A DNA stretch of 54,685 nt from Basidiobolus meristosporus CBS 931.73 (GCA_002104905.1 MCFE01000599.1:1-54685), one strand, 5' to 3'; counted from the first letter of the stretch, positions 13,120-25,884 are shown. Numbers and translations: made by a program. The notes: a model not told the origin generated them from the letters alone.

Positions 13120-16100
13120 TTATACAAATGGTGAGGAGTGTAGTGAAGATTGGCTCAAGAACGATGAAAGCGTTTGCTGGCTACTTTCGTCTGATAGACT
13201 AGAGTGATTATCCTCGAAGGTTCTATTACGCCCCTCAATTACCAACCTAGTCTTCGATTCAAGCACATTGCAATGGAAAAGTAGCTTCTTCAGGAGTTTA
13301 GGCGAGCTGGTGGTCTTCTCCAGAGATATCAAGTTCTCCAAATCCTCCCGATGACGTATGACATAACTACTAAAGCTCGATAGCTCTTTGTCAATATCTA
13401 TCAGGTAGGGTATTTGAGGTGGCTTGAAGAACGTCTCTGGACTCTGGACAGGTGGGGTTTTGTGGTTTGCAGGGGAAACCTTTTCGGTAGCGATATAGTC
13501 GATATAATCCATCAGCTTCGCGGAGTTCTGGCGGACAAACTCATTCATTTGAGCCATGTATGGTTCTTTGGAATTGAAATCAGTCAGGTTTGCTAGGGAC
13601 TGGGTTGTCTTGGCCAGCAGCGTGAGGGTGCGCCGAGTACGAGCATCAGGGTGCTCTTTCACAAGCTGGAACTGCTTAGGGTTGAGAAGAGCGGGGCAAA
13701 AGAGACGTAAGAATATAAACCCGCTAACACAGGTGTAGCGTACAGACTGGGATTGCTCCACATATTTGTCTTGGATAATATCTCGTAATGCGGAAAAGAA
13801 TACACACAGTTCCCTAGAGAGAAGTTTCAATACGCGGCCGACCAACTCCGTCTGGGCACTCGGCACTTACCTGGGGCATTTAGCTTGGGTTTTCTCGATG
13901 CTTTTCCATAGCATTTTTGTGTATCCGATCAACACCCTCCAGTGTGTGCGAACATCCTCGTTCCGCTCCAACTTCAGCTCATCAACCTGTATCAATAAAC
14001 GGGATCTTTAGCGGAGGGCACATGGATTAAACAGCAACGGCTGACGATACCTCTACATATATCTTATTATCACAGATAGATCTGACAATATCTCCAATAG
14101 CCTCATCGACATACTGAAGTCCAATCAACTTCATGTAGCCGTCAATGGCCTTGGTGAGAATCGAATTTCCTCTAAATAGAATATTGGCGTCGTCTAAGGG
14201 AGCCATCAATACCTTAATACCATGGAAGGAGGCCGTACTGTCTAGACCTTACCGGTTGCCTTCACCTCGTTACGGGCGAGAAACAGAAGCCACTCCATTG
14301 CCATATCTTTAGCGGCATAAATCCGCAGCATGTTCTCTGCAAACCACTCGAGATTTTTGGAAACATTGACCAGGTCAGAAATAAGCTGAGATTCGACATC
14401 CAAGAGAAGCTAGTTCGATATTTCATCAGGTTGAAATCAAAGTCCTACCATAAGTACTATGCTGAAAGGGCTTACTTTGAGCAGGTCGCCATAGCTCGAT
14501 GATGGAAGTATGACCACTTCTTCGTATTTAAATCTCAGCCGAAGTTCACCCACAATCTCGGCTGGATACCCTGGTATCTTGGACTCGTACATTACCGGGT
14601 ACCACCCTTCGAAATCTTCGTCGTGTTGAATCAGGAAGAAGGGCAGATGAACCTTCCCTGTCAGGCGTAGCAAATACTTTAGGATCACACCCGTAAGAAG
14701 AGCAAACACTGTAACCAAACCTATATTCGAGTCCTTGTGGATACGGTTCTTATTCATTACAGCTATGGTGACGCCACTACGCATGGCATGAAGATCCCTA
14801 AATGGCAGCTTCTGTCAGTTTATCAATTTGCCAGCTATGCGTGTTCCGAACATAGCATACGTGAAGAGGAAATCTTCGACCCAGACTGGGTTTACAACTC
14901 GGAACTTCGTGCTTGTTCTACCTTTACGCTCTGAATCCAGTTCAATATAACAGTATGGGTCCGATTGGCTAAACCCACGGCCCTCAACGACGCTAACCCA
15001 GTAGGTGCGGTCCAATCGGTAACAGAAGTAGGGGGGCTCAGAATGGCCTAGGACCTCTGGTTGGGCAAACGTTTTGAGTATCGCCACCCACTCGTTTCGT
15101 TCACTCAGGCTCTCGGCCATGAAAAAGTATGCTCGCTGTTTACATTTAAGCATGAAGCAATTTTTCTTCTTGAGAGCTGATTCATCTATCAGGCTAATCT
15201 GGTTACGCTGCAGCTCCTTTATCTTGATATTTTCGATCACAGTTTTATCCTGTCAAGGTGTCGGTGAGTACATCGAGCAAGAAGTGTTGAGAATTTCTGC
15301 GAATACTTACGTGTTCATCGAACTGGTAGAGCGTGCCGTTGGAGCGAATGATGAGTACAATACGGCGCCATGTAGCAGGAAGTGACAAGGGATCCTTAAC
15401 ATGGTGGGCGTGCTTTGGATTTTTCACCTCTGGGGTACACCAAAATTAATACCGCAGAGAGGAGGTCCTGAATCAGAGTTTAGACCTATACCTCGAATGT
15501 AGACAGTTGCAGACTTGATGAGCTCCGATCCCCCCTAAGGACGCACTTAACCGATGTTCCATGATAGCGCTGACAACGTCAAGACTTACCCTTGCTCCGA
15601 GGTTTTTATTGTAATCTATACTATGGGCGTGGGGGACTCGTAGGGCCTTTATCCATTCAACCATATCCAGTTCGGTTTCCGCCTGGAAGTAGTATTTCCT
15701 ATGGGAGTCGTTAGTACGCATGTTGAAAACTTCCTGGCGAGCAGACTTACAGGATGGGCGGGGTGCAGATTTCAAAGGTATAGGATCTTCCGTCGCACTC
15801 AACCTCACGAATTAACGAGGCGTGCAAATCGATCACAATCGGCTGATCCTGGTAGCAACGTCGTTAGAATGGTATTGGCGTGCACACTCAGTGTTCATGA
15901 TTCACAATGCCTACATGAGTGTCCGTACACTGAACAAAAAGTCCTTCGGGCATTTGGATGCTGAACCAATGCCTGCCCAAGACGATGATTAGCCAGATGC
16001 ACAGATCAAAACCGAATACAAGACCAACAAACCTGGTCCATCCTCCTCTATTATTTACTCTTCGCAGTAATAAATAACCAGACTTGCCATGATTCACCAT

Positions 16101-17406
16101 CCAATCCGAGTCAATCGATAGATCCGAGATCTGGGTAGATATCGAGACTTCGTCATAAGCCTCTAGCCCTAAGGCCTGCTTGTACTTGGTCAGGTTGGGC
16201 TAGAGAAATCCCTGGTGAGTGTGCAACAAGGCTATGCCAATCTCAAGCTTCTGTCTACCTGAACGGGGTCTAGTAGCATGCGCTCATCCAGCTGCAAGTC
16301 CTCCATACTGCTGGCTATCCCTTCCTATTGTAAGTTAGTATGCTTGACTGGCTGTGTCTCTGGTTGGTAACCCACCCCATCGATGCTCTCTAGTGCTCGA
16401 GCAATAATAGGTTTGGCTATGTTGATCGTTAACTGATGGTTGTCGAATAGCGTTGAGATTGCGTCTAGAAATGAATTCATCTAAAGGTTGCCACGCATCT
16501 GGTCAGTCTTTGCGCTAAGCGATCTATCTTCTGAAGCATTACCTTTTTCAGCACAAATGATTCTCTAATATACGGCAACTCGTTTAACATGTTTGCGTAT
16601 TTTAAGGAATCCCTGCACGCTCGCAATTTCATATTGTATAGATAATTGGTAAACTGGGGAACTGTTAGTCACTGTATCCGAGATATGGCTAAACTCTTAG
16701 TACCTCGTCGTTTTTTTGGTTCTTCAGGTGCGGTAGACTTGAGTATTTGTGGACCATGGATTCGTAGTCCTCAGCGGAGTTCAGAAACTCCCGTCGAGCC
16801 TCCTATCATTGAATCTGTTACTACCTTAACTTCACTGCCAACCAAAAGGATTTAGATTTACCGAGAGCAGCTGGGAAGTGGAGCTCTGAAATCTAAGTAG
16901 TGGTTCTTTGAAAAGGTAATGCTACGTAAATAACACAGAACTTTCGTACACCAGAACCCGGAATATCATACCAATTAGGTCGTTCTCTAAATCCGAGACA
17001 AAATTGCTCTCAAACGTCAAAGAGGAATCCCTCATTTTCGCAACCTCAGCTTCTACAAAGAAACTATTACAAAGACTTGAACACAGGCACGCAAGACAAC
17101 CTCAATACCTGAATCCTGGAAGGAAGGGAACGCTCGGGTGGTCATTTCTTGGAAAAGATTATCTGTCGCTTCATTCAGCGCTGCGTTGGAATGAAGTAAA
17201 GGGATGTCAAGGTCAGTGACTGACGCTGAAGGCAACGAAGCGTGCCAAGTACCTGCTAGAGCCTCTACAAAAAACCGCGCTTTCTCGGCCCATATAGTCA
17301 AGACGCTCTCGAAGGCCTCTGCTGACTTGTGGGCGTCTACTAGGCTTGCCCTATACTGAGGGCTATCTTGAAAGGCGTCTTTCAAGTTGAGGTGAACAGC
17401 GGCCAT
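13120..17406 (-). CDS. Multi-exon Ras GTPase-activating protein, architecture BAR-PH-PH-C2-RasGAP (C-terminal half Bud2-like)
   Basis: RasGAP: LFRGNSILTKAID, VSGFIFLRLFCPALLNPKQF, RTLTLLAKTTQSLANL. C2: VSVVEGRG...DPYCYIELD...NPVWVEDF. PH2: WRRIVLII...YFFMAESLSERNEWVAIL. PH1: KSGYLLLRR...YYFQAETELDMVEWIKAL. BAR-like start: LNLKDAFQDSPQYRASL...EARREFLNSAEDYESMVHKY. Exons are linked by short GT-AG introns, and a few splice junctions were not resolved exactly. Confidence 0.9.
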
Positions 17407-20380
17407 ATTTTAACAATTTCTCGATATATAAGAAGCTATTTGATTTTGCATAAATCAATATCACTCTAGTCAAAGCTTTCGGTTATCAAAATCCGGGGAG
17501 TACACCAAGAGCAAAACGCATATACTAACGGACTTCAGGCCTTGTTGTAAGATGGGAACTTGAAGAAAAAGAAAGTGGAATATTGAAGATTACCCGATTA
17601 AGCGCTTATTTGAGACTGGAGCTCTCTTGTTAATATATTACTAATGGCAAGTAATAAGACATCAAGAGCTCTATGTGAGAACTGGCTGGAACTTCCCGGT
17701 TGTAAATAATTGGTTTATCTATCAAACTCACGCTGGTGGTACGACGCACAAAACTAGAACAAGTCCTACTGGACGTATCACATCTATGAAGCCTGAAATC
17801 AAGATGAATTAATGAGCTTTCAACATCCTAGGGTTTCGTTTATCAACGATCTAGACTCAGAGACGCTTGGTGTCACAAATCGAGAATACTTTAGAAAATA
17901 TTCCTGTTTCGAAACGTACGGCTATAATAGACAACATAGATTGAGTGCTGAAATGTCTATTTGTCTCTTCGTCACACTGTTCACCTTCGCACGTTGTTAC
18001 CCTAGAGATTCATGGAATGCAACACTGACTGACCAATGTGGTGGCTCACGCCAGACTGATCCTCCTGCGAGAACGGGATCCGCCAATGCAAAATGCACCC
18101 CATCTAGTGGAGAAGGGTGCGCATCTGGGTGGCTAGGGGCGGAATTCAACTACGATTGTGTATGAGAACCCATCTTTAATTACCCCACCTCAACTACTAG
18201 GTAGATAGACCCAGATCAAGCTTGCGTACCGTGGAGCCATGTTTTACCAAATTAATCCACACGCTACTGCAATGATCTGAAGCCAGCATCCAATCGGAAA
18301 TTATCACTCGTGTACAACGCGATGGGGAGAAGGATCTGTTTCACCAGATGCCATTTTGAGAAAATTAGGTACCACTTGAGGCATTGCTGGTTGGCCGGTG
18401 GAGTTGGACGAAATACGACGTTACCTTCGATTCAATGACCATTAATTAACAATTATTCTGCCGTTGCAACTGGTGGTAAATAGCTCACCAAAGCCGTATT
18501 GCCATTTCGGACGGTTTCTCGGTGTCGAGGTGCGAGGCATGAATGCCAAACCAGAATCTGCATCAGACTGGTTTTGTTTAGAGGACAGATGGTTCTCTGG
18601 GCCTCAACACTGCTGATTGTTGGTGCATCCGATGAACTGATTGGAATGTTCATGAATTCCCACTTGCCTGGTATAGAAACGATCTTATAGATTTCCCTCA
18701 GATCCGGATGGACTCATTTCTGGCTGTTGCGCCAAGTCTCCGAATCCGATATACTCCACGTTGCCCATCGATTGAGCCATCCCCATCCCAAAATGCCACT
18801 TTTATTGCCTCCAGCCGCCGACATGACCGATTGCTACCAAACTCACGCCCTCGATACCCCAAGAGGCGTGTCTCCGTATAGCTTGGGAAGGTGGGCGCTA
18901 CCTTGCATGCATAGCCGACAATATTGGTATTTTTCTGACGATCATCATGGTGATGCTTTCTTTCTGCCCCAAACCTAATCATGTGCCCGGCAGGCGTAAT
19001 CTCCACATCTCAGACCCACCTATGTGCCCAACCAGTTCAGCTCGTCTGGCTACTGGTGAAGTAGATGATCTCAAAATTCTTCGAATATTGGATTACTCCG
19101 CAAAAGAAATATGCAAGGGTCTACGCTATATATGGACCATCTTCGTCTAAGCTGTCGAGATTGTTCGACTCGATACTGAGATGAAGGGGTGGTACAGGCA
19201 CCGTTCTTGCTTGATAATTATCCTACCCAAGAGGATCCGTGCCGCATGGCCGATGTAAACATAAACGTCGACCAGATTGGGTTGCCTCATCATTGCGAGC
19301 AAGTGGACCATTCTGGTAGATTGGAGACAGAAAATATCAAGGGGAAAGAGGGACGCCTGCTTAATGCTTGGGCTTGTTTTAGTTTATCAAGATGGAGAGG
19401 AAGGGTATGTATGCATGAAATGGCGCTGCTCCACTGGTCAGGCAAATCGCAGTCTTGGCTTCTAATTTTAGCATGGAACATGAACCGTATACCTAATGGA
19501 TAAACTATGTTTCATACAGATCCAGTCAGTTGTGCATCAGATAGGCCAGAAGCCTTCACCACCTAGAGACTGGCGGTGATTTGAAATCCATTCATGCATC
19601 GCTTTTGTGACGAAAGGGATCTTTCCGTCAGCGTAACCGATCGCTTGGAATGAAATGGTGAATTTGTGGATATTTAACCAGCGTTGGATTTACCCGACTC
19701 TTCACAAGTGGGATTCCACATTTGTTGCTGCGGGTCAAGGCCATGTGTTAGATCGAAATCCGATCCATCCGTACCTAGAATTAGCTGATTCCAACGCTCA
19801 ATGATGGCGGTAGAAGTATCGGCAACGGGAAACCGCGCGAATCGACATAGCGGAATGGTTGATTAGCCCGGATACTTGCTGGACATCAGCTGCCGACTTG
19901 TGTTTCATCAGAACAAGCTTCAGACTCATTTAATTGACTATCTACATACACCCATCCAGTGAAGATGCATTGACCTCTCATTGGTAATGGCTATTTTGAT
20001 TTATTGAGTGCGCTACGAGATTGATTGCACAACGGTGCAGACCACACTCAGCTGGGGCTCACACTGTTTGGGAAATTTGCGTTAGTTTAATAATTCCTCA
20101 AATCGATTTATTAACGGTCAAGGTGCCTAGAGCCACCTTATTTCACATATGGCAGGCTGACAAACGATTGGTGGGTTGCTAGGTAGCCCCAAGATGTGGT
20201 TAAATTGATTTTACTTGCTGTTTGACTGTGATTTCAAGAAAAAGTTCCCACATGTTTAGAATGCCAATCCATAAACCTACCCAAGCTCTTTTTAGGCCCT
20301 GGAATGTACTTACATCATATGATGGAGTGGTGCAAGGCAGAGAGAAGCGATCTCCACCTGATGTCATTGTAGGTGGAATA

Positions 20381-20729
20381 TGTTGTAAGAGTCTTGGAGA
20401 TATTGGAAGTGATTGGGAGGACAAGTAGATTATGTGGTTTTCACTTAATGATTTATTGAATGTAAAGGTAGTATTTATACTTTTACATGGACTTGGCATA
20501 ACAAGCACGTAGAATAGGTTAAGGAAGGTCCCAAGAACGTGTGTGCAAAGTTTGGAGCTGTTTCGACAACTTATCAAATTTTCATGTTCTGGGTACCTGG
20601 TATTTTGGTGAAAATATTCTAAGTAAATCCCGACAAGGAATTTGGTCAGTATTCTCTAGGATTTGAAGGTAATGATCTAAGTGACTAAGTTAGGTGAATA
20701 TTTAGGTGGAATTCCGAATTTTTACAACA
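20381..20729 (-). mobile_element. Near-intact solo LTR (349 bp) with perfect 5-bp TSD
   Basis: TGTTGTAA/TTACAACA ends. GAATA lies at both 20376-20380 and 20730-20734. Very close to the LTR at 53470. Confidence 0.96.
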
Positions 20730-21145
20730 GAATAAAGTCTGCTATGCTGATGACCAATATGATGAAGTGTTTTAAATAAGAATAGGGTACTAGAAGGTGG
20801 TGATTATTGTTTGCTGCTCAGAACATAACACAATTTGAGTCTTGCATGACCTCTAGAGATGAAAAGTGCTACGTCAATATTTTACACCTTGACTGGGAAG
20901 GTGTGTTTGATTGGAGGATGCTGAAAAGTCATGCCCCTGTATACAATTATCACCTACACTTCTCCATATAACGCATACTTGCAACTAGACCATTCCCTAT
21001 ATTGACTCCTACCAGAGGTCCACCATTGAAATTTCGATTTCATGGAAATATATGAAAGGGTGCGCATTCAAGTTTATTGTGTTGTTTAGACTATGGGTAA
21101 ATGAAAGAGTAGGCAAGAGCTTTACTAACCATACTCTCATAATTG

Positions 21146-22117
21146 TGATATTACATAGTGATCGGATTTAACCGAATAGAAACAATGGATTGGCTGATTG
21201 GTTGACCAACCAGCCAGCCTACCGAAAAAAGGGCTTGAAGATTCTCATTTGTTTGCTTGCTTACTTACACCGCCACTGCCACTGCCACTGACACTGACAC
21301 TGACATTGTAACATCATTGATCCGAGATGGCCGGCCGGCTTACTTGCTCAGCCATGATGCTCGGTGTTTCGTGCTCATGGCTTGTTGGAGCGCAATGGAC
21401 TCCACATCTCATCCTTCGGATCGGCCGATACAGCGGATGGTGCAGTCCCTCGCTCGATCTGCGCACTAATCTCCCCACTGAATCTCTCCTCAATGGTGCT
21501 GCTGCCTGCTCTGAAGGATTCCCTTGTGCGCTGGGTCTTCTTCATCATCGCTATCGCGGCCTTGGGATCGACGAACTCCCCCTGTCTAGCAATCCGGCCT
21601 GTTTGGCCAGTGACCTGGCGCGATGTACGTGCAACGATGCTTTTCATCATGGCTGGCTGGCTGGCTGGTTGGTTGGTTGGTAGGGAAGAGGGGTGTGCGT
21701 GGATGGAAGTGAAGCCGGGTGTGCGTAGGTGGATGTGTAGGTGCGTGCGTGTGTGCGTGCACGAGTGTATGCGTAGGTTTGCGTATGTGCTACCACTCCT
21801 GGGTGAAGTCAAGTCCTGGAATCAATTACCGGGTTCGATGTGTTCGATGTGTTGGAGTGTAGGCCCAAGTACGGTCTCGTGATAGACGATATGGCGTGGT
21901 GCTTGGTAGATGTACGGTCGTTGCTGCTAAGCGGTGCTGATGGGACGATTGGACAGCTGTGGATCTTCTTGGCACCAGATATTGGCTGAGGATGTGGTGT
22001 GCTACAGTGAGGCGAGGCGAGGCAAAGGGGCTGAGGGCGACCTGTGGAATGAAGGGAAGGCCTGGAGGGTACTTATACAGTTTTCCGAGAGACTTAAACC
22101 AGGATTATCTCTGTCAG
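21146..22117 (-). repeat. Left arm of a ~975-bp inverted duplication
   Basis: Reverse complement of 24586-25560. Differences seen are mostly microsatellite copy number (CCAA/CCAG, GCCACT/GACACT, GCCTC) plus a few SNPs. Confidence 0.97.
21375..21650 (-). CDS. Small hypothetical protein, 91 aa (paralog 1, left arm)
   Basis: MMKSIVARTSRQVTGQTGRIARQGEFVDPKAAIAMMKK...SADPKDEMWSPLRSNKP. Protein conservation with the diverged copy at 23519-23809 despite many synonymous changes. Confidence 0.82.
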   Translation of the reverse strand: MMKSIVARTSRQVTGQTGRIARQGEFVDPKAAIAMMKKTQRTRESFRAGSSTIEERFSGEISAQIERGTAPSAVSADPKDEMWSPLRSNKP

Positions 22118-23518
22118 AAACACACAATTGTCTTGAGTACAGTACGAGGTGTAAAAATGGGTATCAAAGATCATGCGACTCCCAATTAATGGAATGGTCT
22201 CCTGACATATCCAAGGTATTGCATATGACACATGAGTACCGTGAAATACGGAAGCTTTCACATCGGATAAACTGATATCAGTGGTTATGCACAAAGTTCA
22301 GACATGAGATTGGCTTGATAAGGTTTTTATCGATAGATCAAGTCATCATGGGACCTTGTAAATACAAAATGTCAGATGAAACCTCGTTTTGGTTATCCCC
22401 TTATGATCGCTTTTTCGTTCTGTTTGGACCCAAGGGTTTCTTCACCCGAAAATCCAGAGTAATCTTATATACTTCTATTGATTCGCATTTGAAAATCTAG
22501 ATTTCTAGAAGTGCCTTCTGCCAAATCATACAGTGAGGTTGTATTACTCTAATACACGTTTTGGTTCCGAACGTCGGCCAGCATACGATGATACAGGCGT
22601 AGTGATCCGGTAGTAGTCACCGTTGGCGCAGAACTATTAAGCGCGCATGCTAACCCACCGTGTACATGGCTAACCCTATGGCCGTTGCTTTCCACTAAGT
22701 AATCCTACAGTGGTACGTTTGTTTAATACTTGTCCGACCTATTGGATACTTCCCATATTGATTGTATAAACAAAGATCAATATATTCATTGATTCTGGTT
22801 TGGGAGGTCCGATACTTGAAAGCCTGACGTAACGAGTCCAAGGAGGATAAAGCATGCCTAGTCTGGAACTTGAAACGTAGTCGGTGCATCTTTGGTTAGC
22901 TGCAGTGCTGCATCAACTTATGGCCAGACTTGCAAGCTCAGCAATGCCTACACCACTATTCTGGATGGTAATCACATATCTTAACACATGTCAGGCAGTT
23001 TCAGTTTATGGCTGCTCATCCACATCCGATAAGCAACTGCAGTATAATTCAATAGCGAGGATAGACCTCATGCGAACTATAATCATAAGGGCATTTTGAT
23101 TCACATTTGAAATGCACTGTTGGTGATAATAATTGTTGAGGGGTTATATGTATGAGCTAATCTACAAGTGGTCTTTATCACTGAATCATGCTCACATGTG
23201 ACCAGTGCACCTAATCTCTTGCCCTTATACGGAATACGACCGGATGACGTACAATTAGCCGGTCGACACAAGCGGGTTTGCAATGACTAGAGCTCCGCCT
23301 AAGATAATGTAGTATGATTGTATATTGTGTAAAACTGGGGTCTTACGTGTTATTTATTAGGTAGTTATCAGGGCCCAAATTTAAAGAACAAGCATACAGT
23401 GACTGTGTAGTGTGATAATACACCAGAACTTCGGAGGTATCAATTTCCTTGAATGAGTCACCTGGGAACGGATATACACAAGAGCGGCAGTAGTTGTATC
23501 AATCAACATGGCAAGTAT

Positions 23519-23809
23519 TTATGGCTTATTGGAACGCAATGGACTCCACATCTCATCTTTAGGGTCAGCAGAGGATGTCGATGGGGCAGTACCACCTTTA
23601 ATTTGTTCGCTGACATTACCACTGAACTTCTCCTCTGCTGACACACGCTTAGCGTCTTCTTCACCTCTCTTTAAAGTCTCCTTTACTTTTTGGGTCTTCT
23701 TCATCACGGCGACTGCTGCCTTTGGGTCGATATGCTCCCCTTGGCGGGCGATATGGTTTGCGTGGTTAGCAACTTGGCGAGAGGAACGAAGGACGAGTGA
23801 CTTGAACAT
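23519..23809 (-). CDS. Small hypothetical protein, 96 aa (diverged paralog 2, in the spacer)
   Basis: MFKSLVLRSSRQVANHANHIARQGEHIDPKAAVAVMKK...SADPKDEMWSPLRSNKP. A TATAAAAG box lies about 50 bp upstream on the minus strand. Confidence 0.85.
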   Translation of the reverse strand: MFKSLVLRSSRQVANHANHIARQGEHIDPKAAVAVMKKTQKVKETLKRGEEDAKRVSAEEKFSGNVSEQIKGGTAPSTSSADPKDEMWSPLRSNKP

Positions 23810-24585
23810 ATTAATAAACTTGAACTAATGTTTGCCCACCTGCTTCACGTTCCTTTTATACTGACCAGCTACGATATGGACGAAGCATAAATGCATTATA
23901 ATAGGTTATACAACTTATTACATCACTCTATAATTCTCTGTAAGGAAATGACCTTAATGTGCGGCATACGTACTCTTTTGGGATTGATCTGAATTGTCAA
24001 AGTCAAGCACTTCAAATAAGGGAATATACAACATTAATGCACTCCTATGAATCATTGAAAACATAGAAAATTCTCAAGCTCCGGCAAATGCCACCATTGA
24101 TGTTATCTAATAGGTATGGTGATGAAAGCCTCTACATGTCATGTGCCTCTAATCATGTGCAAATGTGACAAAGCCAACCGACGACTGTGATCACTGTTTA
24201 TTCTTTAATGTTGGCCATGACTGATTAGTGGAAGATTGGATATAATAGTTCATGGCGACTGGAGTATCAATTACACATCAAGAAATCATTGGGAAATGGA
24301 TTTTTCCCACAATCCGCAACTTGTGTAACCTGGAGATCGTTCTTCTGACTACGATTGAACCAGTGTGAACATAACTCTTAAACAATCACCATCAATGTAT
24401 TGACTGTAAAGGAGCGTAGCTAATAACAAACCATATAAATTTGCGTCATCAAATGGTTTTCAATTCCGACTTTTTTGACCAAGAAAAGAAGCAGTCCTTA
24501 GCTAGACAACACCTGTCATAATGATAGCTTGCGATTTGAGAAGCATTAAGATCTCAAACAAAACCTAAGACAACAGTAGGCGCTC

Positions 24586-25560
24586 CTGATAGAGATAATC
24601 CTGGTTTAAGTCTCTCGGAAAACTGTATAAGTACCCTCCAGGCCTTCCCTTCATTCCACAGGTCGCCCTCAGCCCCTTTGCCTCGCCTCGCCTCGCCTCA
24701 CCGTAGCACACCACATCCTCAGCCAATATCTGGTGCCAAGAAGATCCACAGCTGTCCAATCGTCCCATCAGCACCGCTTAGCAGCAACGACCGCACATCT
24801 ACCAAGCACCACGCCATATCGTCTATCACGAGACCGTACTTGGGCCTACACTCCAACACATCGAACACATCGAACCCGGTAATTGATTCCAGGACTTGAC
24901 TTCACCCAGGAGTGGTAGCACATACGCAAACCTACGCATACACTCGTGCACGCACACACGCACGCACCTACACATCCACCTACGCACACCCGGCTTCACT
25001 TCCATCCACGCACACCCCTCTTCCCTACCAACCAACCAGCCAGCCAGCCAGCCAGCCAGCCATGATGAAAAGCATCGTTGCACGTACATCGCGCCAGGTC
25101 ACTGGCCAAACAAGCCGGATTGCTAGACAGGGGGAGTTCGTCGATCCCAAGGCCGCGATAGCGATGATGAAGAAGACCCAGCGCACAAGGGAATCCTTCA
25201 GAGCAGGCAGCAGCACCATTGAGGAGAGATTCAGTGGGGAGATTAGTGCGCAGATCGAGCGAGGGACTGCACCATCCGCTGTATCGGCCGATCCGAAGGA
25301 TGAGATGTGGAGTCCATTGCGCTCCAACAAGCCATGAGCACGAAACACCGAGCATCATGGCTGAGCAAGTAAGCCGGCCGGCCATCTCGGATCAATGATG
25401 TTACAATGTCAGTGGCAGTGGCAGTGGCAGTGGCGGTGTAAGTAAGCAAGCAAACAAATGAGAATCTTCAAGCCCTTTTTTCGGTAGGCTGGCTGGTTGG
25501 TCAACCAATCAGCCAATCCATTGTTTCTATTCGGTTAAATCTGATCACTATGTAATATCA
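24586..25560 (+). repeat. Right arm of the inverted duplication
   Basis: Mirror of 21146-22117. Confidence 0.97.
25062..25337 (+). CDS. Small hypothetical protein, 91 aa (paralog 3, right arm)
   Basis: Identical to paralog 1 except QTS versus QTG. Confidence 0.82.
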   Translation: MMKSIVARTSRQVTGQTSRIARQGEFVDPKAAIAMMKKTQRTRESFRAGSSTIEERFSGEISAQIERGTAPSAVSADPKDEMWSPLRSNKP

Positions 25561-25884
25561 ATATTATTGGCAACAACAGGATAATTCTTTTAGCACTTAT
25601 TGCTTAGAACGCTACTTTTATCGCTTTAATAAATTCCCGTTTAATGAGGAAGGTATTGGTTAAATTACAAAATTTCATGTTTAACCCCAAGTCAATCTAA
25701 TGAGCTGCTTAGCTTTGAGCTACAAAGAGCTTATCGCATTTAACCAGACGGCTAATGCAGATAATCTAGATAAAACTAAGAAGCCGACAAAATTTATTTG
25801 GCTGAAAATCAGGAAATTGCAAACAAAAGCTGGAAGATAGACGCCAACTGATTTTTCTTGAGCTGTTTGCTAGCGAACTTCGGA

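Noticed and set aside
17800-19500. Scattered 60-120 aa ORFs upstream of the RasGAP gene
   Set aside because: No recognisable motifs, splice pattern or paralogy.
21327-21882. Several 100-170 aa ORFs overlapping the arm genes (also 24826-25385)
   Set aside because: Antisense or shifted frames kept open by GC-rich microsatellites; only the 91-aa frame is conserved in the diverged paralog.
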